This document shows, piece after piece, positions 28,494 to 39,269 of a stretch of DNA of 64,000 nucleotides (position 1 is its first letter; the number at the start of each line of letters is the position of its first letter). Made by a program: the position numbers and the translations under genes. The notes under the pieces were generated by a model. That model saw only the letters and a program-made list of their open reading frames with translations, did not search any database and had not been told where the DNA came from. The stretch covers positions 64,001 to 128,000 of IMG/VR virus record IMGVR_UViG_3300014208_000003; one strand, 5' to 3'. The DNA is from a virus.

Positions 28494-29366
28494 CTATTCA
28501 ACAATTTCAAGAGTCTTTTTAATCTTTACTAGCGGATCATCTCCTAATAGTTTTACTCTGATATTCTCTGCGTTTGTTTTAATATTCTCTGTCATTAAGT
28601 ATATAGTCCCATCATCTTCGGATTTTATAGACCTTATTTCTTTATACATTTCCTTATACAATATAATCACTTTGTCAGAAACCAGAGTTATTATTTTCCT
28701 CATCTGTTCTCTAGTAATTGTTGATTTAATATTGTACATAAGATCTAAGTATTCTGTAATTATTAAAACCATCATTTCAGTCTTTTGATTACAGAACATT
28801 GTGAATTCTGCTTCGGACATCTCGGTTATATTTGTTGTTTCAATAGATTGTTTTAATGAACTTCTTTTCAAATCATCCAGAACAGTATTAATAAGAACTT
28901 GAAAATACTTATAGTCGCGATGGGTTTTAACATCCTCTTCTTTATCTAATGCCTGACGTAATTCTTGGTAATACTGTTCCGTGAAAATATTCCTGATCTT
29001 TATGTTAACGTCTTCAACCACCATCATTATATGTGTTATTGACTCTTTAAATAGCAGTCTGTCTTTTTCTTCTGCTAGTTTTAAAGTTTCTGTTACAATC
29101 GTTTCCACTAATGACTTTGAACGATCGTCATAATTATAAAAATCAACTGCATTTTTAATCTTCTTACAAACTTCCCCATAAGGACATTCTTTTTGGTTAG
29201 AAGATGTTGTGAATTTGAACGGGCCAACTGATATATTAAGTATCTTTCCTAGAACAGAACTCAGAAGCAAAAGTACAATGAAAACTAAACCGACAGCTAT
29301 CCCCAACACCAATAAAAAGATGTTAGGATTTTTTTGAATTAGATCTACAATTGCATTTAGTTCCAT
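28494..29366 (-). CDS. Single-TM protein under a late promoter
   Basis: N-terminal TM helix; TCTAAATA at 29373-29380. Confidence 0.65.
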   Translation of the reverse strand: MELNAIVDLIQKNPNIFLLVLGIAVGLVFIVLLLLSSVLGKILNISVGPFKFTTSSNQKECPYGEVCKKIKNAVDFYNYDDRSKSLVETIVTETLKLAEEKDRLLFKESITHIMMVVEDVNIKIRNIFTEQYYQELRQALDKEEDVKTHRDYKYFQVLINTVLDDLKRSSLKQSIETTNITEMSEAEFTMFCNQKTEMMVLIITEYLDLMYNIKSTITREQMRKIITLVSDKVIILYKEMYKEIRSIKSEDDGTIYLMTENIKTNAENIRVKLLGDDPLVKIKKTLEIVE

Positions 29367-29372
29367 TATCTG

Positions 29373-29380
29373 TATTTAGA
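29373..29380 (-). promoter_or_regulatory. Late promoter TCTAAATA
   Basis: 6 nt upstream of the ATG at 29366. Confidence 0.55.
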
Positions 29381-29909
29381 ACTGTTTTCTCTTTCTTTTG
29401 TAGTACTGTCTTTGATGGAGTTGCTTCTAGAATTTTTTCTTCGATGCCAAGATATTCGTAAAGAGCATTGAACTTAGAATCTATCTTATCGTTTAAATCA
29501 GAACGGATGAGCTTTGCTAAATCATATAAATGTGTCATATCATCATCTACTCGTTTAAAATTATCGGCTACATTAATATTCTGATGAAAGGTTGTAAATG
29601 CCCCTACTAATGTTTTTCTTAACCCAAACTCTTTAATAATATTATCGGTCATTTCGTCTTTAATAACATCTAATTCTTTCTTACTGATTCCAAACATTTT
29701 AACTCCTTATTTTGATCCTTTTTCTGTCCACATTTTCTGACATATTAAACAAGTAAAATCCGTATAATATCCATCCTGTACCGGATCGTAGTTACCGAGA
29801 TCTGCCCAGTGTTTCTTTTCAACTTTAAGATGCTCACAATCAGTCTGGACTTTTAATAATTCTGTTTCTAATTTATGAATTTTATCTTTTATTTTCTGGG
29901 CTTTTGTTT

Positions 29910-30224
29910 TCATATCTCGCCCCTTAATTTATTTCTTAATGTTACGATCTGGCTTTCATATAATTGACCACCTATACAGAATAATATCTCACCTTTTTTA
30001 TAAATACGAGTTTCCGGAAAGAGCATAGACATTTTATATTTCTTGTATAATTCTTTGTGCTTATCTACATCAAAAATATGAAAGGATAATTTATATTTAT
30101 TCATCATATCATCAACGTGTCTTTTACAGATCGGACAGTATTCCTTAACATATATAACAATGGTCGGAACCTCTTTCTGAATAATACTTTCAAACTCTTC
30201 TTTGGTATCTATAAAATTAACCAT
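29910..30224 (-). CDS. Thioredoxin-like protein
   Basis: YCPIC, DVD, FP. Confidence 0.8.
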   Translation of the reverse strand: MVNFIDTKEEFESIIQKEVPTIVIYVKEYCPICKRHVDDMMNKYKLSFHIFDVDKHKELYKKYKMSMLFPETRIYKKGEILFCIGGQLYESQIVTLRNKLRGEI

Positions 30225-30431
30225 TGTCTTCCTCGAATTTTTTCCATGATTCTTTAAATTTGTGGTATAACGGATTCTCTTTTCTGAAACAGCATTCTTC
30301 CGGAGTTTTTCTAATACAAAGACTAATCATATCACCACACTCATTATGCTTCAAACAAAACCACCGCAAATCTTCTATCAATGGGTTAAGTTCTTTAATA
30401 GTGAACAACACACCTTTATTAAAATCATTTT

Positions 30432-31388
30432 TCATACGCACCCAATCAGTTCAAGAATACACGCTGCTATATGGATTTCTTTATCATTAGCGAAAGAATG
30501 CCATTTCATATAATCCGCAATAATTAATATAGCTTTTCCTTGATTTTCTTTAGGAAGCATTGGAATAAGGTTGTCGAATAATTCTCTGTACAAATCATCT
30601 ATATTAACGTTATTTTCGATTATATATTTTCTTGCATTAGTCAGATCCCTATCCATAATAAATTTAAAGAACTGTTCCTGTAAATTTATTGTTGTGAAAA
30701 TATTCGAATCAATTTTCCCATACATTTCGGAATATAGAGAAAGAGTATTAATCATCCGTCTAATATCAGGATAAAATTTCTCGACAACTTTTACCAATAC
30801 GTCTTCATCATAAATTACTTTTTCAAAATCCAATATCCCTTTAAGTCTCTTTAATATTTTTGGTTTTAACTCTTCAACAACTTCTTTCAAATCAAACGCA
30901 AAAGGAATATTCTGGCAACGCGATTCTCTGAGAGGTTTAATAATTTTATGAATATTATTTGAAGTAAGTATGAAACGACAATATTTATGATACTCTTCTA
31001 TAAATGCTTTCAATGCGTCTTGGAACGTATCAGATGCACGATCACACTCATCTAATATCACAACCTTCATTTTTGTTTTAGACCCTATTCCGACACTCAT
31101 TACAAACCGTTCTATTTCGTTCCTGAGTGTATCAATAGAACCGGACTTTGAAGCATTGATGTAAAGATGTTGTGCACCTATTTCTGTACAAAGAGCTTTA
31201 GCAGTAGATGTTTTACCAGTTCCGGGACTTGTACTATAAAAAAGCATGTTCGGAATATCTTTTTTATTAACCTGTTTCGTGAAGAAGGTTTTTAATGTAG
31301 CGGGTAAAACAAGATCCTTAATAGATTTTGGTCGGAACTTTTCTACCCATAATATATTTGCCATTTCTTGTTTACTCATTACATACAC
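30432..31388 (-). CDS. Clamp loader large subunit, gp44-like
   Basis: LWVEKFRPK, PGTGKTS, ILDECD, SRC, YPDIRR. Confidence 0.93.
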   Translation of the reverse strand: MYVMSKQEMANILWVEKFRPKSIKDLVLPATLKTFFTKQVNKKDIPNMLFYSTSPGTGKTSTAKALCTEIGAQHLYINASKSGSIDTLRNEIERFVMSVGIGSKTKMKVVILDECDRASDTFQDALKAFIEEYHKYCRFILTSNNIHKIIKPLRESRCQNIPFAFDLKEVVEELKPKILKRLKGILDFEKVIYDEDVLVKVVEKFYPDIRRMINTLSLYSEMYGKIDSNIFTTINLQEQFFKFIMDRDLTNARKYIIENNVNIDDLYRELFDNLIPMLPKENQGKAILIIADYMKWHSFANDKEIHIAACILELIGCV

Positions 31389-32583
31389 TCTTTCTCAAAT
31401 CTTTCGATGATACATATCCTATAAAAATCTTTTCTGTTTTATAATATTGGGAACATCTTACTAAAAATGATGCGTAGTAATTTCTAAGTTTTTCCGGAAT
31501 TTCTACCCAACAAACAGGAGCTTTTTCTTTGGCTTCTTTAATACCTATTTCTAAATCAAATTTATCACCTTTTTTATAATTCACTAGAGAATATCCAATC
31601 TGAACTCCATTATTAACTTTTTCACCATAGAAGATTCCGAGTCGTTTTCCGTTATCATCTCGAATATAAGAATAAATAAAATTTTGCATACACGTCCTAT
31701 TTTAAATTAAATGGCGAAGTTGTACTGTTATACGCATTTTCGCCCATAAATTTTTTAGCAAACCGCAAATCCTCTATATTTGGTTTGAGTCTATTTTCTA
31801 TCAACCCACACTTTGTACATTTAACTGTATACGCCTCTACGTACTTAAAAAGCCTTGTACCATCATCTTTGAAGTGTCCAAACCAAAAGACTTCTCCCAC
31901 ACCATTATTATCGAAATACTTTAATTTGTGATGTTTAACTTTACACCCAATATTAATAAAAGGAAACGGTAAATATAGAATCCACCAACAAGTACACAAA
32001 AGAGGCAAGAGAAAGTAAACACTAAAGAAAAAAATAATATAAGTCATATATACCTCAAAAATAAAGGTGATCCGATTAAAGACCACCTTTTTAATAATTA
32101 CTTCTTTTTTGCAGGATTCCGGAACAGCTTATAACCTCTTGTAGTTGGTTTAAGTCTTGATTCCGCTATTACTGTTTCTCTGCCTGTTTTAATATTTTCT
32201 ACAAGAACATGCGATTGATGGATATGTAGAATTCTCAGGCTTCTCTTCTCTCTTCGTCTATCAGCATCCAACCAGATCTGACCTTTCCTAACAGTTTTCT
32301 TCTTTGTCATCGAAACTCCTATTTTTTGAGATTTTGGTATATACATTTACAGGCAATAGGAACTTTATTGTTTCCATCCAAAGCAATTCCTGTATAACCT
32401 CTTCCGAAACATTTTTTACAATTTTTTTTCGGATTACTTATGGTTACAGAATATCTTTTAGCAGATTCAACAATTTTATCCCAAGGTGAAAGTTCCTCAT
32501 AATTTTTAACAGTTCCGCTTTCTGGTTCAACAAAGACTACCTTTTCTTCTGGTAAAGTATAGTCTTCAAAGTTTTCCAATTCA

Positions 32584-33297
32584 TCATTCATTCTTAACTC
32601 CTGCATAAATATTAAGATCAAACTCTTCCGAAACAAGTTTGAATCTTACTATCGAACCATTATAAACAAACACTTCATAATTACCTTTTGGAAGTGCTGT
32701 AAAAACATCCGCTGCTACTTTTGCATTTGGTTCTTCTGATTCAACCTTATAATCAAAATCCTGTTCAAAACTGTTATTGTGATTATGTGTGTGAAAAACA
32801 ATCTTCAATTTACCTTCTTCTGATTTAATTTCTGTCCATACGATATCAGAACCCTTTTCACATGTACGGATCAAATTAACCATCTTCTTTATTTCTACAA
32901 GTTCATTATCGGAAATATTGAACGTAGAAGAAAGTTTAAAATCATCGAGATTAATAAAAACTTCACATTCAATAATTTCTGGTTCGGCCAATACATAACT
33001 AAATTTTGACTTATCTTTCTTAATAGTTAGTTTATTTTCTTTTAGTGCGAGTACCGGTGCCTGAAAACTATTCATTATCTGGAAAAAATCATGAAAATTA
33101 TTAAAAGCAATTTTCGGAATATCAAACAGGAATTTTTCAACGGGTGCAGATAGATCATAAAACAATGTAGAATCTTTCCCAGCATTACCATTAAAGATTT
33201 TTACTCTCTCACCGTTCTCAATCACTACCTTAGAACTTATCACACACAACGAATCGATGAGTGATAAATAATTCTTGTCAAATGGAATCATGAACAT
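32584..33297 (-). CDS. Sliding clamp, gp45-like
   Basis: Size, context near gp44/gp62, pattern Y.LAEP.II and LPKGNYEV. Confidence 0.7.
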   Translation of the reverse strand: MFMIPFDKNYLSLIDSLCVISSKVVIENGERVKIFNGNAGKDSTLFYDLSAPVEKFLFDIPKIAFNNFHDFFQIMNSFQAPVLALKENKLTIKKDKSKFSYVLAEPEIIECEVFINLDDFKLSSTFNISDNELVEIKKMVNLIRTCEKGSDIVWTEIKSEEGKLKIVFHTHNHNNSFEQDFDYKVESEEPNAKVAADVFTALPKGNYEVFVYNGSIVRFKLVSEEFDLNIYAGVKNE

Positions 33298-33446
33298 TCT
33301 CCTTTATAATTTGAATGAAGTTTACCGTCTTTAGTTAGTATTTTTGCTTCGATTAAACGCTGTTCTACTATTTTCGGATTTGTTTTTATTTCGGCTTTTA
33401 ATTCTTTTAAAACTTTTCGCGCATCTTCTATATCATTCATAGTTTT

Positions 33447-33474
33447 AATATAAGCACTTTGAATATAAAAACAA
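33447..33474 (-). promoter_or_regulatory. Sigma70-type early promoter
   Basis: TTGTTT-N16-(GTGCT)TATATT. Confidence 0.6.
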
Positions 33475-33478
33475 GAGG

Positions 33479-34051
33479 TTAACTGACTTGATCTTTTATT
33501 ATGTAAATGTAATCGTAAAGTTTTAATCTGAATTCTTCTGTTTTATTATATCCACACGTTTTAAATTCTGGACACAAACCATTTCTATAGATACATTCCG
33601 GAACACAGACAGAAACTAATTCCGGTTCTTTTGTTTTAAGCATATCTAGAAATGATTGCCATGCTTTTGTTGTTTCTGGATGAGCCTGTTTACAAAGACG
33701 TTTTCTGGATATGCTTATTATAGATTGTGCGTTGGCTATACAATTATGATTTACAGGAACGGATTGAATTAAACTATCTCTATTCTTTCCTGTTCGATCA
33801 TCTCTTTGTGTGGTGACGAAATGTTCTGTATTATTTTTAGAATGTCTCACAAAATGAACGGATATCCAAGACTTTATTCCTTTCCATGTCCAATCTATCA
33901 TCTTCTTTCTTATCGGGGAATGTTCGGAAAGATATAATTTCTTTAACCAACTTCTAGACGGTGGTTCTAATGCACTCGGTTTATTTACAGTGTTCCTAGC
34001 TGCATCTAACATCTCTTTATTGTTATTTGATATGTAATTTATTTTAATCAC
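33479..34051 (-). CDS. thyX: Flavin-dependent thymidylate synthase-like protein
   Basis: EHSPIR, HFVRH, TQR, RKRLC, VPECIYR.G.CPE. Confidence 0.8.
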   Translation of the reverse strand: MIKINYISNNNKEMLDAARNTVNKPSALEPPSRSWLKKLYLSEHSPIRKKMIDWTWKGIKSWISVHFVRHSKNNTEHFVTTQRDDRTGKNRDSLIQSVPVNHNCIANAQSIISISRKRLCKQAHPETTKAWQSFLDMLKTKEPELVSVCVPECIYRNGLCPEFKTCGYNKTEEFRLKLYDYIYIIKDQVS

Positions 34052-34602
34052 ATCTTCTCCACTATTTTATCTGCAATACCGTATTTAATAGCTTCTTCGG
34101 GAGTTAACCATGTGTCGGTTGGTTGTAGTAAAAAATCAATAATTTTCTCTTTATTTTTCTTTACTGTTAAATGTTTTCTATAATGATTTCTAATTTGTTT
34201 CGCTGTTATTTCGAATGCTTTTGTCGCTCCTAATAATTCATGTTCTTTTCCATGACTTCCCCAAGAATATTGATGAGAAAGGATCAAAGTGTTTTTTGTA
34301 ATCGTTCTGGTGCCCTTTTCTCCTGTCATGAATATCAACAATCCACACGAACAAATCTCCCCTAAACCTATTGTCTGAATCGGTATTTTTGAAAATTCCA
34401 TAAAATCAGTTAAACCAAAAGAGGCTGTTATTAATCCACCCGAAGAATTTATATATAATTTTAATTTAGATCTTTTTATAGGATTTATATTTTCTTCTAT
34501 AATCCATTCTATGCTAGGTTTCACTGTCGCGGTTGATATATCTTCCGTCAATAACATTATACCACAATCTTTTAAACTTTTTGAATCTTTAACTGGCTCC
34601 AT
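34048..34602 (-). CDS. clpP: ClpP-like protease
   Basis: YINSSGG, ICSCG, SHQ, DTWL.PEEA..YG.AD. Confidence 0.88.
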   Translation of the reverse strand: MEPVKDSKSLKDCGIMLLTEDISTATVKPSIEWIIEENINPIKRSKLKLYINSSGGLITASFGLTDFMEFSKIPIQTIGLGEICSCGLLIFMTGEKGTRTITKNTLILSHQYSWGSHGKEHELLGATKAFEITAKQIRNHYRKHLTVKKNKEKIIDFLLQPTDTWLTPEEAIKYGIADKIVEKM

Positions 34603-34922
34603 GTATTTCCTCTGTTTTAATTGTGATTCGTATATCTTGATTTTAAAATTTTTGGATTATCGTTTTCGTCAATGTATATTACCAATTCGCTTTTTGTGAA
34701 TATATTAAAAGGACAAGTAAAACAATTCCTATTTATTACAGAAATATCATCCATTTTATTTTCTTTTCTCAAATCATTTTTGTCTAGATATATAACGATG
34801 CCTTTAAACAATATCATCCTCCTTTGTATATAATTCTCCAAAACATAATTGACAAAACCATAAAACTAATAATATTAAAAATGCAATCGGTAGAAAAATA
34901 ATAACACGAAAATAATTTTTAA

Positions 34923-35411
34923 TCATGGTTTGAACGATAACGGATCTATTTTTTGTAAATTGCTTATATGATGTATTTCCGGATATCCATCATTACCCTT
35001 TACACAAATATATTCTATACCACCGTTCGTTAATTTTCTTAAACAACGGTAACAAGGATAACACTCGCTTCCAGATTTTTCTATGAATTCTCCAGTCTTA
35101 ACACCAAAAGCTGATATATAAATAGTTGATCCTTTTCTATCTTGGGGACTAGAAAAAATTATAGCATTTTCTTCTGCATGAATAGCCGGACAATCTTCAA
35201 AGCCAGTTCTGCTTTTAACACCTTCTCTTCTGCACACACCAGTATCACAACAATTAACCGCACCTCTACACGATCCATTATATCCAGTAGATTTTATAAC
35301 ATCATCTTTTACTATAACAGCTCCGTACATACTTCTAATACAACTAGATCTCTTAGCAACAACAGAAGCAATATTCAAATAATATAAATGAGTAGGTGTC
35401 CTTTGAATCAT
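34923..35411 (-). CDS. dCMP deaminase
   Basis: TGYNG, HAEENA, PCYRC. Confidence 0.9.
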   Translation of the reverse strand: MIQRTPTHLYYLNIASVVAKRSSCIRSMYGAVIVKDDVIKSTGYNGSCRGAVNCCDTGVCRREGVKSRTGFEDCPAIHAEENAIIFSSPQDRKGSTIYISAFGVKTGEFIEKSGSECYPCYRCLRKLTNGGIEYICVKGNDGYPEIHHISNLQKIDPLSFKP

Positions 35412-35944
35412 TTGGATTTTCTCCGGAACAAAACCTTATTAAAAAAACCACAAGGAATAAAATATCCTAGTGTAAACAATCCCAATACACTACCTCCAAA
35501 CAGAGCAATCAACAAATCCGCTATTGTTATTTCACCATAATCATTTAAAATAGAATAAATCATTACGGAAACACCCACGATACACCATAAACAAATTCCG
35601 ATAATCCAAATCATATCCACCTCTTATTTTTAAATGTCAAAATAAAAACTATCAAAAAAGGAACAATAGGAATCAAACCAATTATCATGACCAATCTAGT
35701 TTCTATTGAATGAAAATCACATAAATATATAATTAACTGAAATAAATACATAACAATTCCTATAGCGATCAACCACTCCATTATTCCTCCACTTTCCAGA
35801 ATATTTTATTACAACGAGAACACTTATTTATTTTTATTAAAGGTCTATTCAAAACATCTTTCAGAACAATTAGATCCATATCTCTTTCTAAAATTTTCTG
35901 TTTAATATGTCCTAATAATATACACACAATTTTTCTAAAAACTA

Positions 35945-36427
35945 TCAACAGGATCTCCATTTAATTTGTAGTTGATCGATTTCTTTAATACGTGCTTTCG
36001 ACATTCCTCTTTTTGCTAATCTTCTTACTCGTTCTTTTTCATCACAACTGGCAAATAACACAGTATCAAACCTTTCACAAAATTTCGGTAATATTCCATC
36101 CATAATTATATCTGAATGTTTATAGAGAAGTGGTTTGAAAATTTGCTTGAATAATAGATTTTCTAACTGCTCTCGGAATAACTTATCACTAATCAAAACT
36201 TTTATCAACCTATCCTTATCCACAACCAATGTCTGAAATCCTTCTCTCGGATCTATACAAATAACTTCTCCGTGATTCTTTGATATAAAATCCCTAATCA
36301 CAGAATTACTTATATATGCCTCTTTTACCATCTCATCACAATTCACAATCTTATATCCAGAATTCTTAAACAAAGCACTTATTGTAGTTTTTCCTGAACC
36401 TGCTTTACCATATATTCCAATTTTCAT
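35945..36427 (-). CDS. coaE: Dephospho-CoA kinase-like protein
   Basis: IGIYGKAGSGKTT, NCDEM, R..RL..R..Q. Confidence 0.8.
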   Translation of the reverse strand: MKIGIYGKAGSGKTTISALFKNSGYKIVNCDEMVKEAYISNSVIRDFISKNHGEVICIDPREGFQTLVVDKDRLIKVLISDKLFREQLENLLFKQIFKPLLYKHSDIIMDGILPKFCERFDTVLFASCDEKERVRRLAKRGMSKARIKEIDQLQIKWRSC

Positions 36428-37368
36428 TTTAGTAGATACCTTTCTGCAAATTCTGGGTTAAACTTCCGAAGACCTCTAATCTGACTCGAAGAAATATGTT
36501 CCAAATGCTTATCACAAAAGAAATACACAAATTGGATTTTATCATTTATATCCAGTACAGTTTTTCTTAAATTATCTTCATAGCCAATATCGTGAACATT
36601 CCTCAAACCACGTACAAAGAAAAATTCTACATTGTGAACTTTCTGAAATAATTCTGTTATCAATCCGTCATATATCACAACCTCATTCAAAAGAGATTCC
36701 GGAATAGATTCTTTCTCTTGTTCTTTATCCGGATTAATCCCTCTCGCAATAATCACCTTATCAAACATGGCTTCTGCTTTTCGAACAATATTAAAATGCC
36801 CTATATGAAATGGACTAAATGATCCCGGATAAATGCCTATCTTATAAATTTTGTTAGATATATATTCAATCAATTCCGGAACATGTGGTAAATTGTGCTT
36901 CTGGGAAATGTTATACAGAAATTCAATTCTCTTGTTTCTATATATTTCAATGTCCACAAACTGATATTCTTTAAAGATACCGTTCTCATACTTAATTAAA
37001 TCGTTTAGAGGCTTTTTAAGGACACTAATATCCAAGTTAATCATTATATCGGTTAAAACATTTCCCGTGATTGTATGGTGTTTAGTCGCGTTTATGCAGT
37101 CAACTACTAAAGAATCTGGTTCCAATCCTTCTAACGTCATAAACCATTCATATCTTTTTATTGATTCTTCTTCATTGTTGGATTGCCTTGGATCATAAAC
37201 ACAATCATGAAACAGAATAGCCATAGAAAGAACTTCGGTATCTGCTTCGTGTAATTTTAAAACATCCAATTCACCAAGCATTTCTATAATATGATTTCTG
37301 GAATGATAGTAAGGCTGTTTGTAAAAATTTTCAAAAACATATTTGGAAGCGGTTTCGAACAAAGTCAT
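36424..37368 (-). CDS. coaD: HD-domain and phosphopantetheine adenylyltransferase fusion
   Basis: YH...H, FHD.VYDP...NEE.S (HD domain); GIYPGSFSPFHIGH, NPDK, VRGLR, ISSS.IR. Confidence 0.82.
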   Translation of the reverse strand: MTLFETASKYVFENFYKQPYYHSRNHIIEMLGELDVLKLHEADTEVLSMAILFHDCVYDPRQSNNEEESIKRYEWFMTLEGLEPDSLVVDCINATKHHTITGNVLTDIMINLDISVLKKPLNDLIKYENGIFKEYQFVDIEIYRNKRIEFLYNISQKHNLPHVPELIEYISNKIYKIGIYPGSFSPFHIGHFNIVRKAEAMFDKVIIARGINPDKEQEKESIPESLLNEVVIYDGLITELFQKVHNVEFFFVRGLRNVHDIGYEDNLRKTVLDINDKIQFVYFFCDKHLEHISSSQIRGLRKFNPEFAERYLLK

Positions 37369-37395
37369 CTAAAAACTCCTCTTGAAGAAAAAATA

Positions 37396-37481
37396 CAGAG
37401 AGGGTAGGATTCGAACCTACAAGGGATTATTACTCCCGGCACATTAGCAAAGTGCTGCGTTACCAATTACGCTACCTCTCT
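37396..37481 (-). tRNA. tRNA-Ser(GCT)
   Basis: Cloverleaf with loop TTGCTAA, long variable arm, GTTCGAATC; CCA not encoded. Confidence 0.88.
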
Positions 37482-37487
37482 AAAAAA

Positions 37488-37560
37488 TCCCATAGTACGA
37501 ATTTGAATCGTAATCTTTAGTTCCACAAACTAAAACTCTAACCAATTGAGCTACTATAGG
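37488..37560 (-). tRNA. tRNA-His(GTG), atypical
   Basis: TTAGT-TTGTGGA-ACTAA anticodon arm, TAGCTCAATTGG D arm, TTCAAAT T loop. Confidence 0.8.
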
Positions 37561-37570
37561 GGTGAAAATA

Positions 37571-37641
37571 TAGCGGAGAATGGAGTTGAACCATTTTGTC
37601 AAGCTTATGAGACTCGTGAGTGACCGTTACTCTACCCCGCT
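37571..37641 (-). tRNA. tRNA-Met(CAT) with initiator-like acceptor and D arms
   Basis: AGCGGGG/CTCCGCT acceptor stem, CTCATAA loop, GGTTCAACTCC. Confidence 0.82.
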
Positions 37642-37647
37642 TTGTTT

Positions 37648-38964
37648 TTAATCTTTCTCTAACTCTCTTATGAAATTAACACAAGATTCAGACCATCCGT
37701 TAATATGTATCCAAGAACCATATCCTACACCATTTTTATCAGGAGAAACATTAATAATATATCCTTTAACATTCTTGGGACAGTTTGGAACAGCATCTTG
37801 ACTCTGTTCGTCTGTAATAACAATCATTCTTTCAATATCTGATTCACTTCCAAAAGTTGCGTTAATAGCTGCACCCATAGCCGTTCCACCGTGATCCTGA
37901 GAATTGTGCATTAGATCTTTCAAAGCAAATCCTCTTCTCGGAGCCATTTTACATAATTGATTAGAAAAAGTGAATATCGAAACATCATCACAAATTTCTC
38001 TGGCTAATATTGCGACACCATAAGCAGCATCTAATCTTGTTAATTCACTTTTTGCTGAAACTGTTGCATCCATACTTCCGGAAACATCAACCAGAATAAC
38101 TGTCTTCCCTTTAATCTTTTCTTCAGCAATAACACTCTTAAACATCAACTGCTCTAATTCTGGTTCAAGATCAGGAGCATATTTAGCAGCACTTAAAAAT
38201 CTAAAAGGCAATACTCTATCAATCTTCATGGTATTCAAAGCATTCTTAATAGCAGTTTTCGGAACATTCTTTTCAATCATATTCCGGAGATTTCTTAATA
38301 ATGCTAAAGAACCCAATTTATTTTCAGAAAGCAATCTTACCCATGAATCTTTATTATTACCTTTTCCAGAAATTTCAACTTCCCATGTATCAGGAGTTTT
38401 CAGTTCATCTTTTACTAACCGATTCCAAATATCCTGTTGTTCGTCGTTATCTGGTTTTGGATGAGATATGAATAAAACATCTTTAAGAGTAACTGTATTT
38501 TTTCGATTATATTTTGCAAGAGAATATTCGTTAAACTTCTTGAATGCTTTCGCTAATCCTTTTTTAATTTGATTTGCAACTGGTGTTTTTCCTTCTTTCC
38601 AATATATCGATAAAAATTCTGTCAACTCATCCGGACGCTGTATAATCCGTTGTAATGTATCAGCAACTTCAGAACGATGCTTTTCGGAACGTGCCATCTC
38701 TCTAACTAACAATAAAGGTACATGTCTAAGCTTTTGTTCATTCCTTGCTTTTATAGCCATTTCCTTAATATCTTTTGTAGATACTTTCGGAACAAGGTCT
38801 TTAATACGATCAGCAACAGAAACACCATCCTCATAGAAATTATTTTCCCATAACATACAAGTCATTACGGTTCTTTCTAATTCCTGCTTTGCTGAAATGT
38901 TTGATGCTTTTGCGCCTTCGTGTGTGATTCTTTTTGAGACTGTTTTCTTGTTAGTAGATGCCAT
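37648..38964 (-). CDS. rsr: Ro60 (TROVE plus VWA) RNA-binding protein
   Basis: THEG, LWE..FYE.G, RHVP, TPDTWE, ALLRNLRN, PFRF, VDVSGSM, ITDEQ. Confidence 0.95.
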   Translation of the reverse strand: MASTNKKTVSKRITHEGAKASNISAKQELERTVMTCMLWENNFYEDGVSVADRIKDLVPKVSTKDIKEMAIKARNEQKLRHVPLLLVREMARSEKHRSEVADTLQRIIQRPDELTEFLSIYWKEGKTPVANQIKKGLAKAFKKFNEYSLAKYNRKNTVTLKDVLFISHPKPDNDEQQDIWNRLVKDELKTPDTWEVEISGKGNNKDSWVRLLSENKLGSLALLRNLRNMIEKNVPKTAIKNALNTMKIDRVLPFRFLSAAKYAPDLEPELEQLMFKSVIAEEKIKGKTVILVDVSGSMDATVSAKSELTRLDAAYGVAILAREICDDVSIFTFSNQLCKMAPRRGFALKDLMHNSQDHGGTAMGAAINATFGSESDIERMIVITDEQSQDAVPNCPKNVKGYIINVSPDKNGVGYGSWIHINGWSESCVNFIRELEKD

Positions 38965-38987
38965 TACAAAACTCCTTTAAAAAAATA

Positions 38988-39046
38988 TCGGGGTACAAAC
39001 GTTTAGAGGCTTGTTTGAAAGAAGTAACTCTGAACTACGCCACCGA
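38988..39046 (-). ncRNA. Minimal Y RNA (Ro60-binding stem only)
   Basis: TCGGTGGCGTA...ACTTC...CGTTTGTACCCCGA terminal stem shared with the neighbouring units. Confidence 0.7.
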
Positions 39047-39062
39047 AAATATAAACAAAATG

Positions 39063-39124
39063 GTGCGGAATAAGCGTTAACGGGTTTATTTCCCCAAGAA
39101 GTATCCGTTAACATTCGCCAGCAC
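39063..39124 (-). ncRNA. Minimal Y RNA (Ro60-binding stem only)
   Basis: GTGCTGGCGAA-GTTAACGG-ATACTTC...CCGTTAAC-GCTTATTCCGCAC. Confidence 0.7.
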
Positions 39125-39136
39125 TTATACTAAAAA

Positions 39137-39269
39137 TCTCTGGAACAAACGAATAGACTCTAAAGCTTCTGCTCTGCCAACTGAGCTAACACCCGATGAA
39201 ACCGAGTGTGATGGATTCGAACCACCGACCCGAAGCGCCAATGAAGAAATTCTATTCTACGCCAAGAGA
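39137..39269 (-). ncRNA. YrlA-like Y RNA with permuted tRNA-like domain
   Basis: Terminal stem, then T arm GGTGGTTCGAATCCATC, closed acceptor hairpin, D arm TAGCTCAGTTGGCAGAGC. Confidence 0.85.
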
